A DNA stretch of 64,000 bases from a virus (lineage: Duplodnaviria; Caudoviricetes): IMG/VR virus record IMGVR_UViG_3300029705_000041; one strand, 5' to 3'. The translations under genes and the position numbers were made by a program. This document shows, piece after piece, positions 20,124 through 29,168 of this stretch (the stretch's first letter is position 1; every line of letters starts with the position of its first letter). The notes beneath the pieces were generated by a model. The model was not told the origin of the DNA, did not search any database, and worked only from the letters and a program-made list of their open reading frames with translations.

Positions 20124-20930
20124 TTGAGTGAATATAAAGAAAGTATTGACAAAATGCGTTGGTCATATTCCAGACTAACATCATTTGAGCATTGTCAATA
20201 TGAATTTTATTTAAACTATATCATCAATAATGATGATGAATATTTATCTGAAGGAAATTTTTATGCAGAAGTCGGAATATTTGTCCACGAAGTTTTAGCA
20301 AAAATTTTCAACGGAGAATTAACTCCTGATGAAGCATCTCAATATTATGTAGATAACTTTGAAAAAAATATATTCTATAAAGTTAAAAAATCAACAATGG
20401 ATAAAACTTTTGAATTATGTGCTGATTACTTTGCCAATGTAGATTTTGGTTGGTTGAACAATTATGAAATCCTTGGAGTTGAACTCGAAATGGAATTCAA
20501 AATAGAAGGCTATGATTTTGTTGGTTATATTGATTTGCTTTTAAAGGATAAAAGAGATGGTAAGATTGTGATTATAGACCATAAAAGCGCACCTTACCCT
20601 TTAAAATTAGATGGAACTGTAAAAAAGAATTCACAAGCAAGTTTTGAAATGTATAAAAAACAAATGTATTTGTATTCGTATGCAGTAAAAGAAAAGTATG
20701 GCGTTTTTCCTAAAGAAATAATCTGGAATCATTTTAAAGCTGAAGGTAAATTTGTAACAATTCCTTTCATCGAAAAAGAATATGATGAAGCAGTTAAATG
20801 GCTTACACAAACTATACATAAAGTAGAAAATGAAAAAGATTTCAAACCCACTTTAGATTATTTTTACTGCACCAATCTTTGTAATTTCAGAAATTGTTGT
20901 GAATATTGTAAAGATTCAGACTGGCGGTGA
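20124..20930 (+). CDS. PD-(D/E)XK exonuclease (RecB/Cas4-like)
   Basis: WSYSRL..FEHC, GYIDLL, IIDHK, QMYLY, C-terminal Cys cluster. Confidence 0.85.
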   Translation: MSEYKESIDKMRWSYSRLTSFEHCQYEFYLNYIINNDDEYLSEGNFYAEVGIFVHEVLAKIFNGELTPDEASQYYVDNFEKNIFYKVKKSTMDKTFELCADYFANVDFGWLNNYEILGVELEMEFKIEGYDFVGYIDLLLKDKRDGKIVIIDHKSAPYPLKLDGTVKKNSQASFEMYKKQMYLYSYAVKEKYGVFPKEIIWNHFKAEGKFVTIPFIEKEYDEAVKWLTQTIHKVENEKDFKPTLDYFYCTNLCNFRNCCEYCKDSDWR

Positions 20931-23900
20931 AATTATTGCAAATACCAAACACATATGTTCCGTATCATGTTCACAGTATGTTGAGCAGTGGTACAACAAA
21001 CATAGATAGTATTACAAATTTCAGAGACTATGTTAATGCGGCTCAAAACAACGGTATGAATGCTCTTGGAATTAGCGAACATGGCAACTTGTTTGAATGG
21101 CTGCATAAAAAGGAATGTATTGAAGCTGCCGGAATGAAGTATTTGCATTGTGTTGAAGCTTATCTTACAGAGGATAACGGCGAAAAAGTAATTTATAATG
21201 CCGTAGAGTTAGTACATGATAGGCGAATTGAATTTGAAAAATATAGACAAAGAGAAGATGGAGGTTATCTTGCAGAAGTAGATGGTATATCATATCTAAT
21301 TGATATAGATACATTAAAAAAAGAGTATGTAAAAACCAGAGACAATTACCATTGTGTTTTAATTGCAAAAAATTATGATGGTGTAAAAGAGTTGAATCGT
21401 CTGGTATCTAAATCATTCTGTAGAGATGACTTCCATTTCTACTATATGCCGAGAATTTCATTTGATGAATTATTCAAAACATCCTCAAACATTATTATTA
21501 CTACAGCTTGTTTGGGTGGAGTTTTAAACAATGGAACTCCTATTGCAAAAGAAAAGATGTTAGGTTTTTTAAAACAAAATAAAAACCGTTGTTTTTTAGA
21601 AATACAACATCATAATTGCAAAGAACAAATTGAATATAATAAAGTTTTGTATGAATTAAGTAAAGACACAGGAATACCTCTTATTGCCGGCACCGATACA
21701 CACGCACTTAATGAAGAACACATGGATGGTCGTGCAATGTTACAAAAAGCAAAAAATGTACGATTTTCCAATGAAGATGATTGGGACTTAACGTTTAAGA
21801 CAACAGAAGAATTAATAGCAGCATATAAAAAACAAAATTCATTACCTATGGATGTTGTATATGAGGCGATTAACAATACAGTTAAAATGGCAGAGATGGT
21901 TGAAACATTTAAGCTTGATTATAGTCCTAAATATCCAAAACTATATGAAGATTCTGAAAGTGTGTTCAAACAAAAAATAAATAAAGGTGTTCTCAATAGG
22001 AACATTATGCAATATCCAAATTATCAAGAATATTTGGATAGAATTCATTATGAATATGATACATATAAGCATAACAACGCTATTGATTTTATGCTTTTAG
22101 AAGAAGATTACAAAACAGAAATGCGTAATCGAAATGTTAAATTTGGTTATAGTAGAGGTTCTGTTTCCGGAAGTATCATAGCATATCTTTTAGGTATTAC
22201 AGAAGTTGATAGTGTAAAGTTCAAATTAAACTTTGAGCGTTTCATGAATAAAGAAAGAGTAAGCCTTGCCGATATTGATACGGATTGGTTATCAGAAGAT
22301 AGAAAAACTGTTAAAGATTACTTATATAGTAAAACAGGACTATATTGTTGTGATATTGTTACTTTTAACACAATAGCCCTCAAAGGTGCTATTCGTGATA
22401 TAGGTAGAGCATTAGAAATACCTTTGAATGAGGTTGCAGAAATTTGCGATGCCGTTGAAACCAATGAAGAAGCATTACGAAGGCAATATAAAACACTGTT
22501 TAAATATGTTGATTTGGTAAACGGAGTAGTAGTTTCTGTAGGAAATCATCCTGCTGGATGCGTTATTTCGCCTTTTCCAGTTGATGAATGGTTTGGAACT
22601 TTTACAACAACCACTGATGAGTACCCAATATCTGTACTTAACATGAAAGAAATTGACTCTTTAAATTTCGTTAAGCTTGACATTTTGGGACTTGATAATA
22701 TTGGATTAATATATAAAACGTGTGATTTAGCAGGAATACCATTTTTAACACCAGATAATACTCCGGCTGACGATATGGAAGTGTGGGAGAGTATTAGGGA
22801 AGATACTACTATGATTTTTCAATGGGAATCACAAAGTGCAACCTCTTATTTAAAACAATTATTCAGTGATACAACTATTGAACAGATAAGAGCTAAAAAC
22901 CCTGATTTCTCATATATGGATTTACTCTCAATAGGTAATGGTGCTATTCGCCCAGCAGGAGAATCTTATAGAGATAAACTTGCACAAGGTATATATCAAG
23001 ATAACGGTCATAAAGCATTAAATGATTTCTTAGCATCAACTTTAGGTTATCTGGTATATCAAGAACAAATCATAGAATTTTTACATATATTCTGTGGATA
23101 TACAATGGGAGAGGCAGATGTTGTAAGACGAGGTTTTGCAAAGAAAACTGGAACAGAAAAATTTATACCTAAAATTAAGAGTGGTTTTTCTGAAACTATG
23201 CAGAAGAAATTTAGTGTTGCTGAAAAAGAATCAGAAAAGCTAATAGTAAATTTCATAAAGGTTATAGAAGATGCAAGTTCATATTTGTTTTCAAAAAATC
23301 ACGCAGACCCTTATTCATGGATAGGATATATTTGTGGTTATCTTAGATACCATTATCCACTTGAATTTATTACTACAGCTTTAAATATCTTTGAGGGAAA
23401 AGAAGAAAAAAGTCTGGCTATAATTAATTATGCAAAAAAACAAGGAATAAAAATTTCGCCGATTAAATTCAGATATTCAATAGCTCAATATAACTTTAAT
23501 AAAGACACAAACGAAATTTATAAAGGTATTTCTTCTATTAAATTTATGAATGCAAATGTCGCTGATGAAATTTATTCTTTGCGTGAAAACCAATACAGAA
23601 ATTTTATTGAATTGATATATGACTTAAAAAATAAGACATCAATAAATTCACGCCAATTAAAAATTCTTATTGAGCTTGATTTCTTTTCAGAATTTGGAGA
23701 TACAAATTATCTGTTAGGGTTATATGATTTATTTGATGCACTTGATGGCAAAGTACAATTCAAAAAAGAAAAACTAGCGGAAATGGGTATTCCAGAAGAT
23801 ATGATTAGATTATTCGCTGAAAAGGAAACTGATAAAATGTTTACAAAAGTAAATACAAAAGGTTTCTTAGAATATGCTGCAAAGCAAGCAAAATATAATC

Positions 23901-24238
23901 ACAGAACTCTCAAAGAAAAAATCCATGCACAAATTAATCACCTTGGGTATGTGGATATTATAGATGATTGTTATGCAGGAATGGCAGCTGTATTATCGGT
24001 AGACACAAAATTTGCTCCAAAATTGAAAATGTACTCTTTGAAAAACGGAACAGTTATTGATTGCAAAATTGATAAAAGGAGTTTTGCGAAAAACAAGCTA
24101 CAATCCGGAGATATAGTAAGAATACATGGACAAAGAAAAAAGCCAAAATTAAAACGGTTAGAAAATGGTCAATATGAACCGATTCCAGGAGTAGATGAAT
24201 TATGGATAACCGGTTATACAAAGGTGGAGAATATGTAA
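20927..24238 (+). CDS. dnaE: DNA polymerase III alpha subunit (family C)
   Basis: PHP motifs HVHS and SEHG; RGSVSGS, FERF, ADIDTD, KLDILGL, YQEQ, FSKNHA. Confidence 0.95.
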   Translation: MKLLQIPNTYVPYHVHSMLSSGTTNIDSITNFRDYVNAAQNNGMNALGISEHGNLFEWLHKKECIEAAGMKYLHCVEAYLTEDNGEKVIYNAVELVHDRRIEFEKYRQREDGGYLAEVDGISYLIDIDTLKKEYVKTRDNYHCVLIAKNYDGVKELNRLVSKSFCRDDFHFYYMPRISFDELFKTSSNIIITTACLGGVLNNGTPIAKEKMLGFLKQNKNRCFLEIQHHNCKEQIEYNKVLYELSKDTGIPLIAGTDTHALNEEHMDGRAMLQKAKNVRFSNEDDWDLTFKTTEELIAAYKKQNSLPMDVVYEAINNTVKMAEMVETFKLDYSPKYPKLYEDSESVFKQKINKGVLNRNIMQYPNYQEYLDRIHYEYDTYKHNNAIDFMLLEEDYKTEMRNRNVKFGYSRGSVSGSIIAYLLGITEVDSVKFKLNFERFMNKERVSLADIDTDWLSEDRKTVKDYLYSKTGLYCCDIVTFNTIALKGAIRDIGRALEIPLNEVAEICDAVETNEEALRRQYKTLFKYVDLVNGVVVSVGNHPAGCVISPFPVDEWFGTFTTTTDEYPISVLNMKEIDSLNFVKLDILGLDNIGLIYKTCDLAGIPFLTPDNTPADDMEVWESIREDTTMIFQWESQSATSYLKQLFSDTTIEQIRAKNPDFSYMDLLSIGNGAIRPAGESYRDKLAQGIYQDNGHKALNDFLASTLGYLVYQEQIIEFLHIFCGYTMGEADVVRRGFAKKTGTEKFIPKIKSGFSETMQKKFSVAEKESEKLIVNFIKVIEDASSYLFSKNHADPYSWIGYICGYLRYHYPLEFITTALNIFEGKEEKSLAIINYAKKQGIKISPIKFRYSIAQYNFNKDTNEIYKGISSIKFMNANVADEIYSLRENQYRNFIELIYDLKNKTSINSRQLKILIELDFFSEFGDTNYLLGLYDLFDALDGKVQFKKEKLAEMGIPEDMIRLFAEKETDKMFTKVNTKGFLEYAAKQAKYNHRTLKEKIHAQINHLGYVDIIDDCYAGMAAVLSVDTKFAPKLKMYSLKNGTVIDCKIDKRSFAKNKLQSGDIVRIHGQRKKPKLKRLENGQYEPIPGVDELWITGYTKVENM

Positions 24239-24239
24239 A

Positions 24240-24581
24240 ATGAAAAACGAAAAATTTCTAATTACCTTTGAAGAATTTGAAAATCATATTAAAAGTATTG
24301 AACGACTAATTAATTTTGAGAACGGATTACGTTGTTTAATACATTCTTATAAAAAGAATAACGAAGAAATAATTGAATTATCCTTTCCAACACTAATGAC
24401 CAATACAATTCAATTACTTGCAACTCTAACACAAGATGTTAATGATTGGATTAGTTATTGGGTTTTTGACTTAGAGTGTGGAACTAAATACAAAGATGGC
24501 TGTGTTAAGGATGTAAATAATAATGACATTCCTTTAAAAACCATCAAAGATTTATGGGATATTTTAAATATGGAGGAATAA
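24240..24581 (+). CDS. hypothetical phage protein
   Basis: 113-aa ORF with DWISYWVFDLECG. Confidence 0.6.
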   Translation: MKNEKFLITFEEFENHIKSIERLINFENGLRCLIHSYKKNNEEIIELSFPTLMTNTIQLLATLTQDVNDWISYWVFDLECGTKYKDGCVKDVNNNDIPLKTIKDLWDILNMEE

Positions 24582-24586
24582 GAGAA

Positions 24587-25341
24587 TTGAAATATATTGC
24601 AAATTGCAGTTTTGGAAAAGATTCTCTTGCTCAAATTATAAAAATTAAAGAATTAGGTTTGCCTTTGGATGAGGTCATATATTGTGATATACGTTTCTCC
24701 CCCTGATAAGTGGAGAACACCCTTTAATGGCAGAATGGATTCCTTGTGCGGAAGAAATTCTGGAGAAACAATTCGGAATAAAAGTCAAACATATATCGGC
24801 AAAAACTACTTTTACAGAGCAGTTTTATAAAGTAAAACAAAAAGGAAAACATATCGGAGAAATATATGGTTTCCCATATACTATAGGTGCCTGGTGTAAT
24901 AGTCGATTAAAAGTTAATCCTTTATCACAATATATTTCATCCATAAACGATGAGGTATATCAATACATAGGTATTGCTTATGATGAGCCGGAACGCTATC
25001 AGAGACTAAAACAACAAGAAACGCCAAAGGTCAAATATGGTTCTGTTTTATATGAAAATCAAATAACAGAACCTATGGCTTTTGAAATATGTGAAAAATA
25101 TAATTTAGTTTCTCCAATTTATTCAGACGAAGTGTACCGTGGTGGATGCTGGTTTTGTGTAAAACAATGTTACGCTGACTTATATAAATTATGGAAAGAA
25201 TATCCTGACTATTTTAATATGTTACTAGAAATGGAAAAGGATTCTTCGATAACGTTTAAACCTAATTATACTTTAAAAGAATTTGTAGAGAAGTTTGAGA
25301 ACGGATATATTCCAAAAAGGCGAAAAACAAGTAAAAAATAA
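24587..25341 (+). pseudogene. second PAPS-reductase/DndC-like protein, frameshifted at C5 24699-24703
   Basis: TTG 24587 after GGAGG reads MKYIANCSFGKDS...RFSP, then TGA 24704; the -1 frame continues LISGEHP...WCNSRLK...GIAYDE...RGGCWFC; one extra C gives 251 aa. Confidence 0.85.
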
Positions 25342-25357
25342 AACGGAGGATTTTAAA

Positions 25358-25795
25358 ATGACAATTAATGAAATTAATGGTGATTTATTCAGAGTGCCGC
25401 AAGGTTATTATTTAGCACATTGTATTAGTGGTGATTATGCTCTTGGTGCCGGTATTGCTAAGAAGTTTGATGCAGAATACAATATGAGATTCAAGTTATT
25501 CAGAGATTATGCTATTCCGGATGGTGAAAAATCAGCAAATGTTGGTAGAGCATTGTTGATAGATAATGTATTTAATCTGGTAACAAAAGAAAGATGTTTC
25601 CATAAGCCAACATACGATACTTTATATGACACATTGGTTGATATGCGTGAACAGTGTGAGGATTTTGATATTACTAGACTTGCGATGCCTCTTATTGGTT
25701 GTGGTTTAGATAAGTTGGAATGGGATAAGGTAAAAGATGTAATTGAAGATGTTTTTGAAAACACTAACATTGAAATTTTAATCTGCATTTTATAA
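25358..25795 (+). CDS. macrodomain ADP-ribose hydrolase (TARG1/OARD1-like)
   Basis: GDLF, AHCISGD..LGAGIA, NLVTKERCFHKPTY, MPLIGCGLDKLEW; GGAGG SD before ATG 25358. Confidence 0.88.
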   Translation: MTINEINGDLFRVPQGYYLAHCISGDYALGAGIAKKFDAEYNMRFKLFRDYAIPDGEKSANVGRALLIDNVFNLVTKERCFHKPTYDTLYDTLVDMREQCEDFDITRLAMPLIGCGLDKLEWDKVKDVIEDVFENTNIEILICIL

Positions 25796-25807
25796 GGAGT
25801 ATTTATT

Positions 25808-27025
25808 ATGTCAGAAATTAAACCTAGATATTTGGTAATGGTTACAGCTTCTGCAAATAATAATAAATATTATAAACAAATTCCGCATGGTGATTCGTGG
25901 ACTGCCGAATATGGTAGAGTAGGAAGCAGTCCTCAACGCCGTGAGTATTCAATGAGTCAATGGGAAAGTAAGTATAACGAAAAAATCCGTAAAGGTTATG
26001 TAGACCAAAGCGATTTAGTAGAAGATTTAATTCAGGTTGAAAAACCAAAGAAATCTGAATACAAAGAAATTGAGAATAAAGTCATTGCTGAAATTGTTGA
26101 AAGGTTGCAGAACATGGCTAAAAAAGCTATTAGTGATAACTATACAATTTCATCGAATAAAGTTACACAAGCAATGGTTGATGAAGCTCAAAACATTTTA
26201 ACAAGCTTGATACATATTGATGATTTGAAAGAATTTAATGATACTTTATTAAAATTGTTTACAACCATTCCAAGAAAAATGAGTGACGTTAAACTATATT
26301 TGGTGAAAAACACAGATGATTTTGCTAAAACAATTCAAAGAGAACAAGATTTGCTTGATGTTATGAGAGGGCAAGTTGTTCAACATCAAACAGTTGAAGA
26401 AGTTGTAGAAGATAGTTCCGAAGAAAAATCATATACAATTTTGGAACAACTCGGATTAGAGTTTGAAGAATGTGATGCTAATGATATTGCAACAATCAAA
26501 GCAGCTTTAGGTTCTTGTGTGGATAAGTTTTATAAAGCATGGAAAGTGAAAAATTTACGCACACAAAAGAGATATGATGAATTTGTTAAAGCAAATAATA
26601 TTACGAACACCAAACTACTATTCCATGGTAGCAGAAACGAAAATTGGTGGTCAATCATTAACAGTGGATTAATGCTTAAACCGACAAATGCTGTTATAAC
26701 CGGCAAAATGTTTGGATATGGAATTTACTATGCTCCTAAAGCAAGAAAATCTTTAGGCTATACAAGTTTAAGTGGTAGTTATTGGGCTAAAGGCAGTTCC
26801 AATTCCGGCTTTATGGCATTGATGGATGTTGCATACGGAAAACCATATGATGTACATTCTTTTGATAGTAAATATTATAATTTCAATTATGAAGCATTGC
26901 AAAGAAATTGCCCTGGGGCAAATTGTTTACACGCTCATGAAGGTAGTATGTTACGTAATGATGAAATTATAGTTTATAAAGAAGAACAATGTACAATTCA
27001 TTATTTGATTGAATTAAAAAATTAA
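25808..27025 (+). CDS. PARP-family ADP-ribosyltransferase (WGR + helical regulatory + catalytic domains)
   Basis: NNNKYY and YGRVG (WGR); FTTIP (helical domain); LFHGSR, GKMFGYGIYYA..KSLGY and NDEIIVY (H-Y-E triad). Confidence 0.9.
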   Translation: MSEIKPRYLVMVTASANNNKYYKQIPHGDSWTAEYGRVGSSPQRREYSMSQWESKYNEKIRKGYVDQSDLVEDLIQVEKPKKSEYKEIENKVIAEIVERLQNMAKKAISDNYTISSNKVTQAMVDEAQNILTSLIHIDDLKEFNDTLLKLFTTIPRKMSDVKLYLVKNTDDFAKTIQREQDLLDVMRGQVVQHQTVEEVVEDSSEEKSYTILEQLGLEFEECDANDIATIKAALGSCVDKFYKAWKVKNLRTQKRYDEFVKANNITNTKLLFHGSRNENWWSIINSGLMLKPTNAVITGKMFGYGIYYAPKARKSLGYTSLSGSYWAKGSSNSGFMALMDVAYGKPYDVHSFDSKYYNFNYEALQRNCPGANCLHAHEGSMLRNDEIIVYKEEQCTIHYLIELKN

Positions 27026-27026
27026 G

Positions 27027-27368
27027 GTGATTCATGTGAGAACAAAAAATACATTAATTAATTTGCAAAATATATCTACTTTGCTACAATATTTGTATAT
27101 GAGTCAAGAGCATTCTATTATATTCAACAATGGTATAGCTGACTTAAAACTTCAAATGAATGAAAACCTTGGTATTAAATGTCAAAACTTAAATTTCCCT
27201 GATTTGCCGCCGACTAATTGGAGTTCAAATATGACACCTGAAAATTGCTATAATATAGTTGAAATTTTAAAGGAAACTCCAAGTGTTGAATTTCCTAATC
27301 ATTTTAAAAATAGATGGGAAGAAATTGCGACAATAACAAAAACTAATTTAAGTTTAAATATAAAATAA
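27027..27368 (+). CDS. hypothetical protein
   Basis: 113-aa ORF directly after PARP. Confidence 0.55.
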   Translation: MIHVRTKNTLINLQNISTLLQYLYMSQEHSIIFNNGIADLKLQMNENLGIKCQNLNFPDLPPTNWSSNMTPENCYNIVEILKETPSVEFPNHFKNRWEEIATITKTNLSLNIK

Positions 27369-27426
27369 TTCAGAAAAAGTATTGACAAACAACAAAATAG
27401 GTGGTATAATAAATAAGACAGAAAAA
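27363..27426 (+). promoter_or_regulatory. sigma-A-type promoter flanked by two copies of the 16-bp motif
   Basis: TTGACA 27382-27387, 17-bp spacer, TG-G-TATAAT with -10 at 27405-27410; motifs at 27363-27378 and 27411-27426. Confidence 0.85.
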
Positions 27427-27503
27427 CTATTGAAATTCTGTTGTTAAAAATACTATTTTATTTATCTTATATCACCTATATTTGTTAAATAATGGAGGTA
27501 AAG

Positions 27504-28307
27504 ATGAAAGTAGAAATTATCAATCCAGAAATCGTAGAAAATCTTTATCACAATCATGGCGTTTTTGCTTGCACTTGTTATAATACTCCAGAGAAATATG
27601 CAGACAAAGTAGGCAAGAGTTGTGAACAAGATGGTCATATGAGTGGTAGCAGATGCGAATATATTAAATTTAAAATATCTGATTTAGACAGAGGAACAGC
27701 AGAACAAGCATTAAGACATGAAATTGGAACTGAAATTCCATATGAATTTCAAGATAATTATTCTTTTGCCGATTTTTCTGATTTAATAAAAGATGTAAGT
27801 CCAGACCAGATTGTAAAAAATATGGCATCGTTCAGATACATAGATAAAGATGGTTTTAATTGGGAAACACCACAAACCATACAAAATTGTAATAAGGCTA
27901 AAGATTTATACGATAATTTGATGACACAAATTAATAACACAAGAAAAGAAATAAAGCTTGCTTTGGAAGAAAATGGAGTAGAAAGCAAACGTGCGACACA
28001 AGATGCAAATTTTGTTTTGCCAAGAGCTACTACTACAGAATTTGTTATCGGTTTTACTCCGGAAGCTTTAATTCATTTTTGCCATAAAAGATTGTGTACA
28101 CGTGCGCAAGAATTTATCAGGGAAATGGCGGTCTTGATGAAAAAAGAAATTGAAAAATATTCTGTTGATTTCGCAAAGGAACTTATGCCACATTGTAAAC
28201 ATCTGTTATGGTGTCCAGAAGGCAATCATACTTGTGGTGCTGCACCAACTAAAACACAGTTGATTAATATTATAAATTCTGGAAGTGTGCAAAATGAAAA
28301 AGATTGA
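27504..28307 (+). CDS. thyX: flavin-dependent thymidylate synthase (divergent)
   Basis: ACTCY, GHMS, QALRH, ASFRY, DANFVLP, RLCTRAQEFIR; GGAGG SD before ATG 27504. Confidence 0.8.
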   Translation: MKVEIINPEIVENLYHNHGVFACTCYNTPEKYADKVGKSCEQDGHMSGSRCEYIKFKISDLDRGTAEQALRHEIGTEIPYEFQDNYSFADFSDLIKDVSPDQIVKNMASFRYIDKDGFNWETPQTIQNCNKAKDLYDNLMTQINNTRKEIKLALEENGVESKRATQDANFVLPRATTTEFVIGFTPEALIHFCHKRLCTRAQEFIREMAVLMKKEIEKYSVDFAKELMPHCKHLLWCPEGNHTCGAAPTKTQLINIINSGSVQNEKD

Positions 28308-28533
28308 AAGTTTTTGTGTTAGTTGTGGGTTGCCTTGTCTTGGTAGAGCGTGTCCTAACCACTCCGGCACAGTTTATTATTGTGATGAGTGTGGAGATTA
28401 TGCAAAATACCAGATTGAGGATAATGACTACTGTGAGTCATGTGCAAAAGAATATATACAAGAAGCTTTTGACGATTTAACAATGTCAGAAAAAGCGGAA
28501 TTATTGGATATATCTTTGCACGAATATGACTAA
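28285..28533 (+). CDS. small Cys-rich protein
   Basis: Multiple CxxC pairs. Confidence 0.6.
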   Translation: MCKMKKIESFCVSCGLPCLGRACPNHSGTVYYCDECGDYAKYQIEDNDYCESCAKEYIQEAFDDLTMSEKAELLDISLHEYD

Positions 28534-28561
28534 AATAGTTAGACGTAAGAAAGGATTAAAT

Positions 28562-29149
28562 ATGAAAAAAATTATAACTTTGATGATAACAATATTATTG
28601 TTGCTTAGTATCACAATAAACGTAAATGCAGCATATGAAACTTGTTACGTAACTGCATCTGTTTTAAATTGTAGAACACAACCTAATATGCAAAGTGCAG
28701 TAATTACAACATTTAATCGTGGCAAAGAACTACAGGTCATTGGTGCTGAAGGTAGTTGGTGGCAAGTATATGATGGTAATGTACAAGGCTGGTGCCATAG
28801 TACATACTTATCTATAAATAATACATCTATTAATAGCGCCAATTATACTAATGGTAAATATTTAGGCAACTTCAAAATTTCCTACTACACTTGTTCTAGT
28901 GCAGAAAATGGTGGATGGAATTTGACTGCTAAAGGTCAAAAATTAACTGATGTTGTGGGAATCTGTATTGCTGCTGACCCAAGAGTTATTCCATATTATT
29001 CAAAAGTGTACATTGAGGGAATTGGTGTAAGAACCGTTCTTGATTGTGGTGGCGCTATTAAAGGTAATAAGATTGATGTATTAGTTAGAAATCATAGTGA
29101 TATTCCTTCTTGTGGAGTACATTATTCAAATGTTTATTTGTTAAATTAA
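28562..29149 (+). CDS. secreted SH3b + 3D-domain cell-wall protein
   Basis: Signal peptide MKKIIT..VNA, SH3b (LNCRTQP..GSWW), 3D domain (IAADPRVIP, DCGGAIKGNKIDV). Confidence 0.85.
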   Translation: MKKIITLMITILLLLSITINVNAAYETCYVTASVLNCRTQPNMQSAVITTFNRGKELQVIGAEGSWWQVYDGNVQGWCHSTYLSINNTSINSANYTNGKYLGNFKISYYTCSSAENGGWNLTAKGQKLTDVVGICIAADPRVIPYYSKVYIEGIGVRTVLDCGGAIKGNKIDVLVRNHSDIPSCGVHYSNVYLLN

Positions 29150-29168
29150 TTACCAGGGGGATTATCAT

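Noticed and set aside
20124-20930. Cas4 as part of a CRISPR-Cas locus
   Set aside because: No cas1/cas2 or array; the replication-module context indicates a phage exonuclease
21170-21340. Insertion in the DnaE PHP domain as an intein
   Set aside because: Only about 50 aa, with no C/S...HN splice motifs
24701-24706. CCC-TGA as a classic +1 frameshift site
   Set aside because: The conserved continuation is in the -1 frame; the +1 frame closes within about 45 codons
9787-29160. G5 runs at 9787 and 29156 as phase-variable tracts
   Set aside because: Both are intergenic and positioned as Shine-Dalgarno sequences
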